Counted from the stretch's first letter, positions 41,115 through 54,862 are shown. The stretch is 64,000 nt of DNA from Moraxellaceae bacterium REDSEA-S32_B1 (GCA_001626925.1 LUOR01000012.1:856-64855); one strand, 5' to 3'. The notes: generated by a model not told the origin, from the sequence alone. Numbers and translations are program-made.

Positions 41115-41741
41115 GTGCAAAAGTCTTTAAGTACTGTTTTATTGATTGTTGCAGCTGGTTTTACAGCACAAAGCCAAGCTGAATTATTACCAACGAATAA
41201 CTTAGCCATTACAACTGACAAAACCAATTTGGCATCTAAAGTCCTCGACAAAGATTTCCAAGCGTTAAGCGATAGCTTATTCAAAGGAAATGGCGATGCT
41301 TTGACTGGTTTAAGCATTACTGAGTCAGCAAACAACCGTGTGATTAACAAACAAGTGGTCGCTGCCAAAGTCGAAGTGCCTGAAGAGCCAAGCATCATTG
41401 AAAAATTGAATGCTGTTGCCTCAAACACTGTGAAAAAGTTCACGCAAAGTGGTGTGGCATCTTGGTATGGTCGTCAGTTTCATGGTCGTAAGACTGCAAG
41501 TGGCGAGCGTTTTGACATGAATGCCATGACAGCAGCACATCGTACCCTACCATTGAACTGCTACATTCGTGTAACGAATAAAAGCAATGGCAAGAGTGTG
41601 ATTGTTAAAGTCAATGATCGTGGTCCATTCCATGGCAACCGTGTTGTTGATTTATCTTATGGCGCTGCTAAGAAACTCGGCATTACTAACGCTGGTCTTG
41701 GTAAAGTATCTATCGAACGTGTCGAAGGTCCGAATTCCTAA
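41115..41741 (+). CDS. rlpA: RlpA-family lytic transglycosylase (DPBB domain, no SPOR)
   Basis: GTG start with AGGAG SD; GVASWYG...TASGE, AAHRTLP, NDRGPF, DLSY. Confidence 0.92.
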   Translation: MQKSLSTVLLIVAAGFTAQSQAELLPTNNLAITTDKTNLASKVLDKDFQALSDSLFKGNGDALTGLSITESANNRVINKQVVAAKVEVPEEPSIIEKLNAVASNTVKKFTQSGVASWYGRQFHGRKTASGERFDMNAMTAAHRTLPLNCYIRVTNKSNGKSVIVKVNDRGPFHGNRVVDLSYGAAKKLGITNAGLGKVSIERVEGPNS

Positions 41742-41761
41742 TTCTGATTTTAGACTGTTGC

Positions 41762-41788
41762 AAAAGCCACTATTTATTAGTGGCTTTT
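41762..41788 (+). terminator. rlpA terminator
   Basis: AAAAGCCACTA-N5-TAGTGGCTTTT. Confidence 0.85.
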
Positions 41789-41907
41789 TTATATGGGAAA
41801 CCTGATATATAAAATGCTATTCAAAGTAGTATTTGACCTATTTTAATCTTGCAGTTTAATCATCTCCTCTGTACATTAATATAGTGTTGAAAATGCGAGG
41901 GAGCGTG

Positions 41908-42354
41908 ATGAAAACAATTCAAGACTGGCTAGCTGAATATAACGAAAGCCATCAAGATGCCACCAACAAGGTCATTCACTGGGTATGCGTGCCTGCGATT
42001 TTATTTAGCATTATCGGTATTCTGATGCATTTTAGCGCCCTACTGACGGCTTTATTATTGGTCTTAAGTTTGGTGTTTTACACACGTTTGGACTTGGTCT
42101 TGGCAATCGCAATGGCTGCACTACTTGCAATGATGACGACGTTGGTGATTATCTTACCTGTTGGTAAAAGTTTTTATTTTGCAATGTTTGTAATTGCTTG
42201 GATTGGTCAATTTTATGGACACAAAGTTGAAGGTAAAAAACCATCTTTCTTCAAGGATTTGCAGTTCTTATTAGTTGGTCCAGCATGGTGTATGGATGCA
42301 TTCTTGGGTAAAGCCTTGCCGAAATGGCGCTTTCGCAACCCTGCGCTTTCTTAA
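41908..42354 (+). CDS. DUF962/Mpo1-like membrane protein
   Basis: Y.ESHQ..TN..IHW.CVP, WIGQFYGH..EGKKPSF. Confidence 0.88.
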   Translation: MKTIQDWLAEYNESHQDATNKVIHWVCVPAILFSIIGILMHFSALLTALLLVLSLVFYTRLDLVLAIAMAALLAMMTTLVIILPVGKSFYFAMFVIAWIGQFYGHKVEGKKPSFFKDLQFLLVGPAWCMDAFLGKALPKWRFRNPALS

Positions 42355-42411
42355 CAATTCAAGTCAGCATATTTATCGAGCTTCCATTAATGAGCGCATG
42401 AATAGAATGGC

Positions 42412-43591
42412 TCAATGAATATGCTGAAAACTGCTTGAATAACTCAGCAATATTCTCATTAATTCTGCTTGGCTATTGCAGTCAACCTTAGCGAAAATAT
42501 GCTTAAAATATGTTCTCACTGTACTGAGTGTCATGCCACATTCTGTAGAAATCTGGGCAAAGTCTAGCCCTTGCACGAAATGCTCGCAAATCTCTACCTC
42601 TCGCTTAGATAGCTTAAAATTCTTCATCAAATAGGATTTTGCCAAATGCACTTGAGGCTGAGAGGAAGTCAAAAATATCGCTACCTGGTGAGATGGTAAC
42701 CTTGTACTTACTTGATCCCCAACATTTTTACCGACATGGTTTTTCAGCATAGAAAATGGAACCACGGAAATTAACATCGGTTTTTGATCAAACTCATCCG
42801 TCAATGACATCACACCACCAATCTGTTCATTTTCTAAATTTACAATGTGGCTTTGAAGCATTGCGCTTAAAATATATTTGATCTCTCACGTTCACTTTTA
42901 ACCGATTAAAGCGGTCAATCGAAATATGGGAGGTGGTTTCAATCAAATCTTGTGCTTGCTTATTCGTATAAATCAAACGACTATCTTGATCTAAAATAAT
43001 TACGCCTACTCGAATATAATCCAACAAACTCGATAAATTTTGATTTTCTTGTTTTACTTCACTAAATTGTCGATGAATCTGAAGAGCCCTTCTAAGGTGC
43101 ACACCCAACCGAGCTAATATATCAAGTTGAGTTTGCTCAAAAGGCGTTGCAGTTGGCGCACGATGCGTTGCTAACACTGCCCATTGGTACTTTGCCTGTT
43201 CAAGTAAAACCGCACAGACGTGGCTGATCCCAGTCGGTTTTAAGCACTTTTCATAAAAGATATACTCATCAGTTCCGAGCATTGTTGCGTAAGAAGTGAA
43301 ATCTTGTTTTACAGCGCCACCTAAGCCAACACCTTGCCAATGTGGCGTATGTAATTTCATATCAATGACTTTGATTTGTTCATCTGCATAAGCTCGTAAC
43401 CCTTCTTCTGGAATATTATGAGAAAAGGTAAAATCAAACTTTGGGTTGAGCTGATCGCATACTGTAAAAATTGCTGTTTTACTTTCGGTATAATCTACAA
43501 TTTCCTCTAGTACGTTCGACCATAGCGCTGAATTCATAGAGGCGTCATAGATCGTTCCAATGAGTCGATTTTCTCGCTCAATATCTAGCAT
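42412..43591 (-). pseudogene. LuxR-type regulator split by a +1 frameshift
   Basis: ORFs 42827-43609 and 42412-42861 fuse into one 392-aa frame (...RDQIYLSAMLQ...) if one base of the A4 run at 42869-42872 is removed. C-terminal LSKREVEI...T..TVRTYFKHIFAK HTH. Confidence 0.8.
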
Positions 43592-43832
43592 GGCTACTCC
43601 CCCAGACAATATACTTATAAATAATTAAAACTTCACTTATACAAATTTTTGGCAACTTTTTCTAGTTTTAATTTTCCACAATTGTACTTAATTCACCTTA
43701 CATTTCATATCTTTACAACCATGAATTATTTAAAGCTATGATTTAAATATAAATAATATCCCCATTTGAGGATAGGTATAAAAAATATATTTTATTAGTA
43801 TGTAATGACGATTAAAAAAAAGGATGATCGTG

Positions 43833-45038
43833 ATGAAAAAGACGCTTTTAATTTCTATGCTCACTATGAGCCTCATTGCCTGTGGTGGTGGAAGTTCTAA
43901 TTCCTCAAATAATCAATCAGAAGGTGAAACCGAGGGCAATACAAATACTGGAGTACTTACAGATGGGGATATTGCAGGAGTAAGCTATACGACCAGTAGT
44001 GGACTTACAGGCACTACCAATGAAAATGGTGAGTTTAGCTACGCAGATGGAGATCAAGTTACTTTCAAAATCGGTGATGTACAACTCGGCGAAACCATCG
44101 ATGCAATCGCTCGTATCACACCATTAGATTTAGCTGAATCAGAGAATTCTAGAACTAATCTTTTGGTATTTTTACAGTCTTTAGATAGCGATGCTAATCA
44201 TGATAATGGCATTAATATTTCAACCACAGTGAGTACAGCTTTAGCTAATCAAACCATTGACTTTGAACAGTCACCTGAAGATTTCATTAGCGATGCTACA
44301 TTTGTGGACACAATGGCTCAAGCTGGATTAGAAACAGTCGTTTCCCCTAGTCAAGCAATGGCAAACTTCCAAAACGCATTTTATAAAGACATCTCTGGTG
44401 TGTGGCAATACTCTAATCAGCAAAGCGGTACGCCGATTAATGTCTTGATATATATAGATGAAGATGGACAGTATCTACTCGGCGAGTTTTCCACACAAGA
44501 CCAAGCAGGTCAGCCTGGACTTGAAGCGGGTGATATTAACTGGAATGCTGTAACTACGAGCTTAACACCATCTATCAACATTGATACAAATGATGAGTGG
44601 GGATTATCTAATCCTGTCGGCTTGCATCACTTAAACTTTGACGGCACAGATCTGATTTTAACTGAGCCCGATATTCAACAAACTTATATCTTTACAAAAG
44701 TTAAAAATCAAGATAACCAAATCATTGGTTCATGGCAGTACAGTAAAGGACAAGTCTTTAGCTTCCTAGAAAATGGCACTTACTTTATGCTTGATCCAAT
44801 AGGTGATGATCAAGTAGAGGTTAGCGATTCACCTTGTGGTGGTGCAGGGATTGAATCTGGCAAATATACCATTAACGGCTCAAACCTTATTATTCATGAT
44901 GTCAGTATTGATACCAATGACTGCGCTGGTCTATCTGACAACCAGCAAGGGCAAACTTTACCGTTTAGTATTCAAGGTAATGAATTTCAGTTTAGTCCTG
45001 CAAGTGAAGGAACTTTTACCATAAATCGTATTATTTAA
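43833..45038 (+). CDS. Lipoprotein with FilF-like N-terminal domain (putative surface protein)
   Basis: Lipobox LIAC followed by a G/S/N-rich tether; acidic beta-rich body; divergent from the LuxR gene. Confidence 0.8.
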   Translation: MKKTLLISMLTMSLIACGGGSSNSSNNQSEGETEGNTNTGVLTDGDIAGVSYTTSSGLTGTTNENGEFSYADGDQVTFKIGDVQLGETIDAIARITPLDLAESENSRTNLLVFLQSLDSDANHDNGINISTTVSTALANQTIDFEQSPEDFISDATFVDTMAQAGLETVVSPSQAMANFQNAFYKDISGVWQYSNQQSGTPINVLIYIDEDGQYLLGEFSTQDQAGQPGLEAGDINWNAVTTSLTPSINIDTNDEWGLSNPVGLHHLNFDGTDLILTEPDIQQTYIFTKVKNQDNQIIGSWQYSKGQVFSFLENGTYFMLDPIGDDQVEVSDSPCGGAGIESGKYTINGSNLIIHDVSIDTNDCAGLSDNQQGQTLPFSIQGNEFQFSPASEGTFTINRII

Positions 45039-45139
45039 CTTCACGATAATACCAATGACCACAGTGATAATTACTCTCTGTGGTCTTTTTTCAAATCGTT
45101 TTGAAAGCAACCATCAATAAAAAATCAGGTATTTAAATA

Positions 45140-45988
45140 TTAATACACATCCGCACGCGTCTTTCTCACCAAACTAGGATCATGCTTTTCACGCTCTAAT
45201 CGTTCGACTTTGGTCATTGCCTGCAATTCAATTTTGCCATCTTTAAACAAAATCATCTCTCCAGGCTGATAGGCCTGCCACAATTCATTATCGGTCAACG
45301 GTTCTGTAGTAATCACTGCGACACGATCTTCTGGTGTGGTGACTGTGCTAAAGTCGATATCAACATCTAAGTCAATGAGCTTTGCATGTTGGAACGGATA
45401 CTCACGGATGAGCCAGTGAAGCTTGGTCGTGGCATAGCTAAATAAGGCTTGTCCATTCGATAAGAAAAAATTAAACGTCCCGTGCTCTGCAACCTTAGGA
45501 CAAATCTGCTGTAAATAGTTAAAAATATCTTCAAGGCTTGGATGTTCATTGCCGAATCTTAGTGCCAACTGGTCTAGCACATAACAAAATGCCAACTCAC
45601 TATCTGTATCCCCTACAGACTGAAATCGACCTGTGAGCTCGGGATTAAAATTTAAAAGGTCACCATTATGGGCAAAAATCCACTGTCTACCCCACAGCTC
45701 ACGCGCAAATGGATGTGAATTTTCTAAGTTAGTTTTGCCTTGAGTTGCCTTTCGAATGTGCGCAATCACATTGCGTGATTTGATCGGATAATTACGAATG
45801 AGATTTGCAATCGGTGACTCTAAGGCAGAATGATTGTCTACAAACAATCGACAGGCTTTTTCTTCAAAAAAAGCAATGCCAAAACCATCAGAATGATCCG
45901 ATGTGGCACCCGCACGCTGCGAAAACCCTCGAAATGAAAAATCGATATCGGTAGGCGTAGCGCAGTTCATTCCGAGCAATTGACACAT
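45140..45988 (-). CDS. Class II glutamine amidotransferase, YafJ-like
   Basis: N-terminal MCQLLGM, DGFG, AHIRKAT, N.HPF, FAHNG, G.TDSE. Confidence 0.92.
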   Translation of the reverse strand: MCQLLGMNCATPTDIDFSFRGFSQRAGATSDHSDGFGIAFFEEKACRLFVDNHSALESPIANLIRNYPIKSRNVIAHIRKATQGKTNLENSHPFARELWGRQWIFAHNGDLLNFNPELTGRFQSVGDTDSELAFCYVLDQLALRFGNEHPSLEDIFNYLQQICPKVAEHGTFNFFLSNGQALFSYATTKLHWLIREYPFQHAKLIDLDVDIDFSTVTTPEDRVAVITTEPLTDNELWQAYQPGEMILFKDGKIELQAMTKVERLEREKHDPSLVRKTRADVY

Positions 45989-46143
45989 AAATTTTCACTA
46001 TTTTGGGAGGTTGATCTCACAGAAGCTTAAAGTAAATACGTCAAGTCTATCTGCATTTCATCCAATATATGAAATTTTGTTGTGTCTGCTCAAGTCTTTT
46101 TTTGAATATAGATATCCAGCGTTGATATAAAAGTGATGCCGTC

Positions 46144-47004
46144 TTAACGCCGAATCATTTTGTTCATGACGAAGCTTTTTGCGACTTCATTCATTTCAAG
46201 GTAAACGAAATAATCTAAGCAGTTGAAATCTTCATCATAAAAAGCTTGCTTAGAAAGTTTCGCTTGCATATTCAAATACACATCGAATAGCTTCGGCATA
46301 CGCTCCTCATGTGGCAAGCTAAAACTCGGTACTTGCGGTGTGAATGCATTTAACGCTTGAATATCAATGCTTTGCTCAGGACTTAGATGTTGTAATAACT
46401 GATGCGTGTGGTAGGCACGTGCTAGATTGTCTTCCAAGCGAATACTGACACAGCCCATAAGATATTTAGCTCGCATACTCCACAACACTTTTGGTGCAAG
46501 ATTGAGCCATAACATTGACAAAGCTTTCCCTGAACGAAAACGTGGGTGAACACAAGTACGACCCACTTCAACAATGTTCGAACAATGTGCAAGATGTGGA
46601 ATCACATTGAATTCCTGAGCGCTATAACTATGCCCAACTTCATACCCTTGGAATAATTTTAAACGTGTATAAGCAACGATTTCACCTGACCATTTTTCAC
46701 GGAGCACCGCATGTTCACATCCAAAATCATAAATATCTTGATCAATCTCTTGTTCGAAAGAGATGCCAAACTGCTCTGAAAACTGCACCGCACGGAATTG
46801 TTGCACTTCGCGTAGTTGTTTTAAGTCATCAACCCATTCAAAACTGTACTGCGTTTGCTGATTTTTATTTTTGGCAATTGGCAGTTTATTGGCTAAAGGA
46901 AAATTCGATAAAGGCATGCCTTTAGGCAGGGGAAGATTTTTGGCAAAAGGGAGTTGTTTTGGAGATGGTAGCATTGGGCGAAATTGATTGAGTTTTTCTA
47001 ACAT
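46144..47004 (-). CDS. olsB: GNAT-family N-acyl amino-acid synthase, OlsB-like
   Basis: VQQFR..QF, DQDIYD..C.H, VEVGRTCVHP.FR, LMGCVS; ATG 47004 follows GAGGAG by 8 nt. Confidence 0.8.
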   Translation of the reverse strand: MLEKLNQFRPMLPSPKQLPFAKNLPLPKGMPLSNFPLANKLPIAKNKNQQTQYSFEWVDDLKQLREVQQFRAVQFSEQFGISFEQEIDQDIYDFGCEHAVLREKWSGEIVAYTRLKLFQGYEVGHSYSAQEFNVIPHLAHCSNIVEVGRTCVHPRFRSGKALSMLWLNLAPKVLWSMRAKYLMGCVSIRLEDNLARAYHTHQLLQHLSPEQSIDIQALNAFTPQVPSFSLPHEERMPKLFDVYLNMQAKLSKQAFYDEDFNCLDYFVYLEMNEVAKSFVMNKMIRR

Positions 47005-47043
47005 ATTGTTCACTCCTCGTTTTGCTTACGATAGAAGCGACAC

Positions 47044-47083
47044 ATGACAAATAGATGACTAAATCATGAGCGATTAATGACAA
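47044..47083 (-). promoter_or_regulatory. Pho box, four 11-bp-phased half-sites
   Basis: TTGTCAT-TAAT, CGCTCAT-GATT, TAGTCAT-CTAT, TTGTCAT, then TATCGT 10 nt downstream. Confidence 0.75.
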
Positions 47084-47125
47084 TTCAAAAAACTGTCATA
47101 TAAAGAACCTCAAACTAAAAACAGA

Positions 47126-47150
47126 AAAAGGTCGCACTTAGCGACCTTTT
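47126..47150 (-). terminator. Terminator after argB
   Basis: AAAAGGTCGC-N5-GCGACCTTTT. Confidence 0.85.
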
Positions 47151-47175
47151 CAAAACACTCAGAATAAGCGTGAAA

Positions 47176-49544
<2,369 letters not shown>

Positions 49545-49581
49545 CGCTTAGCGTTTAACTCATTAATAACCACTATAAATA

Positions 49582-50034
49582 TTATTTTGTACCAGTATGT
49601 CCAAAGCCACCTGCACCACGCTCTGATTGTTCAAATTCTTCAACAATATCAAACTGCACTTGTTGCACTGGGACAACCACATATTGTGCCAAACGCTCGC
49701 CCGGTTCAAGGACAAAATCCGCCTGCCCACGATTCCACACCGATACCATCAGCTCGCCTTGATAGTCTGAATCAATTAAACCAACCAAGTTACCAAGTAC
49801 AATTCCGTGCTTATGTCCAAGCCCTGAACGTGGTAAAATCAAGCCTGCAAAATGCGGATCTTCAATATAGATCGACAAACCTGTTTTCACCAACATTGTC
49901 TGACCAACCGCAATAGTGATCGCCTCATCTAAACAGGCACGTAGATCAAGCCCTGCTGAACCTACAGTTGCATAGTTTGGCATTTCCCATTGCGTGCCGA
50001 GGCGTTGATCTAATACTTTGACTTGGACTTTCAT
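49582..50034 (-). CDS. dut: dUTP diphosphatase
   Basis: [31 protein letters not shown]. Confidence 0.97.
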   Translation of the reverse strand: MKVQVKVLDQRLGTQWEMPNYATVGSAGLDLRACLDEAITIAVGQTMLVKTGLSIYIEDPHFAGLILPRSGLGHKHGIVLGNLVGLIDSDYQGELMVSVWNRGQADFVLEPGERLAQYVVVPVQQVQFDIVEEFEQSERGAGGFGHTGTK

Positions 50035-50093
50035 ACTGTTTCCTTTAATTTCTGACAAAAATTTATAAACTATTACGCTTTTGATGATGAAAA

Positions 50094-52136
50094 TTATCGC
50101 TTCATCAAGGCTTTCAAATTTTCAATGGCACGGCGAGCTTGCTCTTTTGGATCGACATCCGCCGCACCCGCAGGCTTCTTCCGACCCAGCCATTCAATAT
50201 CATTCTGTGGCAATTCATCCAAGAAACGACTTGGCGTCATTTGTTTCATCTGCCCGCCATTTTTACGTTGCTCTGCCAAAGTCATGGTCAAACCTTGCTT
50301 CGCCCGAGTAATGCCCACATACATCAGACGACGTTCTTCTTCGATGGTTTCACTGGCGATCGAGTTGCGATGCGGTAGCAATTCCTCTTCCAAGCCCATC
50401 ATATAGACATAAGGAAATTCCAAGCCTTTCGCCGCATGTAACGTCAGTAGATTAACCTTATCTTGATCCTGCTCTTCTTGTTGTTGTTCGAGCATGTCAA
50501 TCAACACCAGTTTGCGAATCGCACTTTCAATATTACGTTCATCGACATCTTCAGCTTTATTGATCAGGTTTTGGATACTGCTGTACAGACTTTCGATATT
50601 GTCGAATTTAGACTTTTCTTGCGCAGGTGTGGCGGCATTTTCACGAATATAATCGACATAACCCGCTTCATTGATGAACTGACGTACCAACGGCACAGGG
50701 TCATCATGATCATGCAACTCTTCGGTAAAGCGTTGAATAAACTCGGCAAACTCATGCAGTTGTGTCATGGCTTTTTTCGGTAAGACCATGGCAAGGCGTT
50801 GATCAGCAGATGCACCAAGCAAGGACAAATGATTTTCCTGTGCAAATAAGCCAAGCTTTTCTAAGGTCACAGGACCAATCGCACGTTTTGGCGTGTTAAT
50901 AATGCGTAGAAATGCACTGTCATCCTCAGGATTAATGATCAGGCGCAGATAGCTCATGATGTCTTTGATCTCTGCCCGAGCAAAGAACGACTGACCACCT
51001 GAAAGTTTATAGGGAATCTGCATCTGACGAAGCTGCGTTTCGATCACTCGAGATTGGAAATTGCCACGATACAACACCGCATAATCTTTCCAGTTTTTAC
51101 CATTCATCAGCTTATGGGTAATCAAATCTTTGACCACACGTTCGGCTTCATCATCATCATTGCGACAAGTAATCACTCGAATCGCTTCGCCGCGCCCTTT
51201 ATCACTCCACAAAGCTTTTTCAAAGATATGCGGATTGTTGCCAATTACCGCATTGGCAGCATTCAAAATGACATTGGTCGAGCGATAATTTTGCTCCAAT
51301 TTCACCACTTTTAATCGTGGAAAATCGTCTTTGAGCAGAGCCATATTCTCAGGTTTTGCGCCACGCCATGCGTAGATCGACTGGTCATCATCACCCACGG
51401 CGGTGAACTGCCCCATCACGCCGACCAGTAATTTCACCATCATATATTGTGCGGTATTGGTGTCTTGATACTCATCGACCAGTAGATAGCGCACCCGATT
51501 TTGCCATTTATCACGTACTTCAGCATTGTCTTGCAAAAGTCGTGTCGGGAGTACGATCAAATCATCAAAATCCACCGCATTATAGGCACGCAGATTACGC
51601 TCATAGAGCTGATAAAGATGTGCAAGATGAACGTCTTCTTCAGTTTCACAGGTGACATGCGCCTGTTCTGGCAAGATCAGATCATTTTTCCAATCCGAGA
51701 TTTTCTTCATGGCTTTGGCGATCAGCTCTTTGCTGTCGGCATTTGCCAGATTGTCCCGATGCATCAAATCCATCAGAATTCGTTTGCAATCATCGGCATC
51801 TAGAATAGAAAAATTATTTTTCAGTGGCGTATGTTTTAGCTCGATTCGCAGTAGATTGAGTCCAAAAGTATGGAAAGTCGATACGCTCAAACCTTTGGAT
51901 TGTTCTTTGGACAGATGCCGAGTGACACGCTCTTTCATCTCACGAGCAGCTTTATTGGTAAAGGTCACTGCGGTAATACGATGTGCAGGGATGCGACATT
52001 CTTGCACCAAATAGGCAATCTTTTGCGTAATGACTGAGGTTTTGCCTGAACCTGCACCCGCCAATACCAATAGCGGGCCTTGCGTATAGCGCATGGCTTC
52101 TTGTTGTTTCTCGTTCAGCAGGCTACCCACAGACAT
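50094..52136 (-). CDS. rep: ATP-dependent DNA helicase Rep (UvrD family)
   Basis: [42 protein letters not shown]. Confidence 0.93.
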   Translation of the reverse strand: MSVGSLLNEKQQEAMRYTQGPLLVLAGAGSGKTSVITQKIAYLVQECRIPAHRITAVTFTNKAAREMKERVTRHLSKEQSKGLSVSTFHTFGLNLLRIELKHTPLKNNFSILDADDCKRILMDLMHRDNLANADSKELIAKAMKKISDWKNDLILPEQAHVTCETEEDVHLAHLYQLYERNLRAYNAVDFDDLIVLPTRLLQDNAEVRDKWQNRVRYLLVDEYQDTNTAQYMMVKLLVGVMGQFTAVGDDDQSIYAWRGAKPENMALLKDDFPRLKVVKLEQNYRSTNVILNAANAVIGNNPHIFEKALWSDKGRGEAIRVITCRNDDDEAERVVKDLITHKLMNGKNWKDYAVLYRGNFQSRVIETQLRQMQIPYKLSGGQSFFARAEIKDIMSYLRLIINPEDDSAFLRIINTPKRAIGPVTLEKLGLFAQENHLSLLGASADQRLAMVLPKKAMTQLHEFAEFIQRFTEELHDHDDPVPLVRQFINEAGYVDYIRENAATPAQEKSKFDNIESLYSSIQNLINKAEDVDERNIESAIRKLVLIDMLEQQQEEQDQDKVNLLTLHAAKGLEFPYVYMMGLEEELLPHRNSIASETIEEERRLMYVGITRAKQGLTMTLAEQRKNGGQMKQMTPSRFLDELPQNDIEWLGRKKPAGAADVDPKEQARRAIENLKALMKR

Positions 52137-52349
52137 TCAAACACCTAAAAATTAAATTGACAGCAACATGTGTTATTGCATTCTCAATCAATACAATGAA
52201 AAACTTTGCAGTTCGATTTTTAAAAAGCAAATTATAGAGCCTTGCGTTTTAGTTGCAATGACTAATCGGAAAATGCCAAGCACATGGCGTCAAATTGTGC
52301 CGTGTTCGATCTGTCATTTCATACGCTAAGGATTCTAAGATTTTAAATA

Positions 52350-53336
52350 TCAATGCTGACAAACTTGTAAATCATCGTGCTCAGCTTGCAACTGATTTTT
52401 CTTAGCTATTAAAGCTTTTTGCAATTGATCGATTTGGTTTTGTGCTGCCACTTCCCCTGCTTGTATAGTCTGCGTGCGTGAGCCAACCGAGAATACATGG
52501 GCTTTTTCTCGAATATCAGGGCGAATCACGATGTCCGCTTGCTTGACTTCGTAGTCGGCGAGGCGATTTTGCATGATGTTAATGTTTTGGTTAAACAATC
52601 CCCACACATTCGAGGTTTCGGTATGTTCTGGACGTGCCAAAATATCCACAGCAATGATCATATCTGCGCCAAGTTGCTTGGCGATAGACACAGGCACTGG
52701 ATGCACTAACCCACCGTCAACATATTCTTGCTCGCCGATCTTGGTTGGCACAAACATACTCGGAATACTGGTGGAAGCCATCACTGCCTTGCCTGTATCA
52801 CCTTGTCTAAAGATCACATCTTGTCCAGACTTTAATTCTGTTGCGACCACATAGAATGGAATCTTCATATTTTCAAGAAGAGTATTATCCACCTGCGCAT
52901 TGACATAACTCGCAATTTTTTTCCCATCAAAAAAACCTTGCTTACTTAAAGTGAAATCACGCACATCATCGCTTTTGAGATCCATGGCAATGTTTTTCAT
53001 CTGCTCAGGTGTTTTGCCACTGGCATAGATTGCACCGACGATACTGCCTGCACTGGTGCCAACGATCATGTCTGGACGAATGCCATTTTGCTCAAGCACA
53101 TCAATCACGCCAATATGCGCATAGCCACGTGCCCCGCCACTGCCAAGGACTAAGGCAACTTTAGGCTTTGGCTTTTGGTGTTCTGTGTTGACCACTTTCC
53201 ACTGACACGGCAATGTCTGCGCACTCGGACTTTGTGCACTTTCTTTTTGTGCACTCGCTTTTTGTGCATGTGCAGCATGCAAACACAGACTTGGAACCAA
53301 TAGAAGTAGGCTGAATTTGGAAATGGCTTTAAACAT
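52350..53336 (-). CDS. Patatin-like phospholipase with signal peptide
   Basis: GSGGARG, GTSAG, DGG. Confidence 0.92.
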   Translation of the reverse strand: MFKAISKFSLLLLVPSLCLHAAHAQKASAQKESAQSPSAQTLPCQWKVVNTEHQKPKPKVALVLGSGGARGYAHIGVIDVLEQNGIRPDMIVGTSAGSIVGAIYASGKTPEQMKNIAMDLKSDDVRDFTLSKQGFFDGKKIASYVNAQVDNTLLENMKIPFYVVATELKSGQDVIFRQGDTGKAVMASTSIPSMFVPTKIGEQEYVDGGLVHPVPVSIAKQLGADMIIAVDILARPEHTETSNVWGLFNQNINIMQNRLADYEVKQADIVIRPDIREKAHVFSVGSRTQTIQAGEVAAQNQIDQLQKALIAKKNQLQAEHDDLQVCQH

Positions 53337-53629
53337 GGTTGAAGTGATCGTTAAAAACAGAGGTTATAGCAATAGCTTCGAAAATATACATAACGCATGC
53401 TACTGGATTTACTGCGAATCTTCGATAGAAGAATTGCTGAAAAATGTTATTTTCAACACATTTTTCTTAGGGTCTGTACGTGAGCTTATGAAAACTTTTT
53501 TTGTCTTTGCGTGATTATTGATATCTGTCTAAGGCAATTTTGCGCTAAGATAGCAAGCGTTTTTATAACATGTGTTTTATCTGAATTTATCATTCAATTT
53601 TCATCCCTAAACATAGAAGGAATGCTGCC

Positions 53630-54862
53630 GTGGACGTACGTCTATCAGATCGTGTGAATGCCATCAAACCATCCCCTACACTAGCTGTCACCAATAAAGC
53701 GGCTGAACTGAAAGCTGCTGGTAAGAACGTGATTGGCTTGGGCGCAGGTGAACCTGATTTTGATACCCCTCAACACATCAAAGAGGCAGCAATTAAAGCT
53801 ATTAACGACGGATTTACCAAGTACACTGCTGTAGATGGTACGCCTGCTCTGAAGAAAGCCATTATTGCGAAATTCAAACGTGACAATAATCTCGACTATC
53901 AGCCAAACCAAATTTTGGTGTCTTGTGGTGGGAAACAATCCTTTTTCAACCTTGCATTAGCATTGCTGAACAAGGGCGATGAAGTGATCATTCCTGCACC
54001 ATTTTGGGTAAGCTACCCAGATATGGTAATCATCGCAGAAGGTACACCTGTCATCGTGAAATGTGGCGAAGATCAACGCTTTAAAATTACGCCTGAACAA
54101 TTGGAAGCGGCAATCACACCAAATACGCGTCTATTGGTGTTAAACAGCCCATCAAACCCAACAGGTATGATTTATACCAAAGAAGAGCTTGAAGCATTGG
54201 CTGAAGTCTTGCGTAAACATCCGCAAGTCTATATCGCATCTGACGATATGTACGAGCCGATTCGTTGGTCTGGTGACTTCTACAATATCGCAACCGTTGC
54301 ACCTGATTTGTACGATCGTACTTTTGTACTCAATGGTGTATCGAAAGCCTATGCCATGACTGGATGGCGTATCGGCTATGCAGCAGGCCCTGCAAAAATC
54401 ATTGGTGCAATGAAAAATATTCAGTCTCAGTCTACATCGAATCCAACCTCGATCTCTCAAGTGGCTGCGGAAGCTGCTTTGAATGGTCCACAAGATGTAT
54501 TGCAACCGATGGTTGAAGCGTTTAAACGCCGTCATGATTTGGTCGTAAATGGATTGAATGCTATCAATGGTATCTCTTGCTTGCCTGCTGATGGTGCATT
54601 TTATGCTTATGCAAATATTCGTCCATTGATCCGTGCCAAAGGTTTGAAGTCTTGCACAGAATTCTCTGAATGGTTGCTTGAAGAAACTGGCGTTGCAGTC
54701 GTTCCTGGCGATGCGTTTGGTCTCGGTGGCTTTATGCGTATTTCATATGCAACAGCGGATGAAGTGCTTGTCGATGCACTTTCTCGCATCAAAGCAGCTG
54801 CCGATTCGATCGACGGTGTAGATGCAGCGATTGCATCGATTGAAGCTGATAAAAAGTCATAA
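53630..54862 (+). CDS. aspC: Aspartate aminotransferase (class I/II PLP)
   Basis: GEPDF, NSPSNPTG, SKAYAMTGWRIG. Confidence 0.9.
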   Translation: MDVRLSDRVNAIKPSPTLAVTNKAAELKAAGKNVIGLGAGEPDFDTPQHIKEAAIKAINDGFTKYTAVDGTPALKKAIIAKFKRDNNLDYQPNQILVSCGGKQSFFNLALALLNKGDEVIIPAPFWVSYPDMVIIAEGTPVIVKCGEDQRFKITPEQLEAAITPNTRLLVLNSPSNPTGMIYTKEELEALAEVLRKHPQVYIASDDMYEPIRWSGDFYNIATVAPDLYDRTFVLNGVSKAYAMTGWRIGYAAGPAKIIGAMKNIQSQSTSNPTSISQVAAEAALNGPQDVLQPMVEAFKRRHDLVVNGLNAINGISCLPADGAFYAYANIRPLIRAKGLKSCTEFSEWLLEETGVAVVPGDAFGLGGFMRISYATADEVLVDALSRIKAAADSIDGVDAAIASIEADKKS

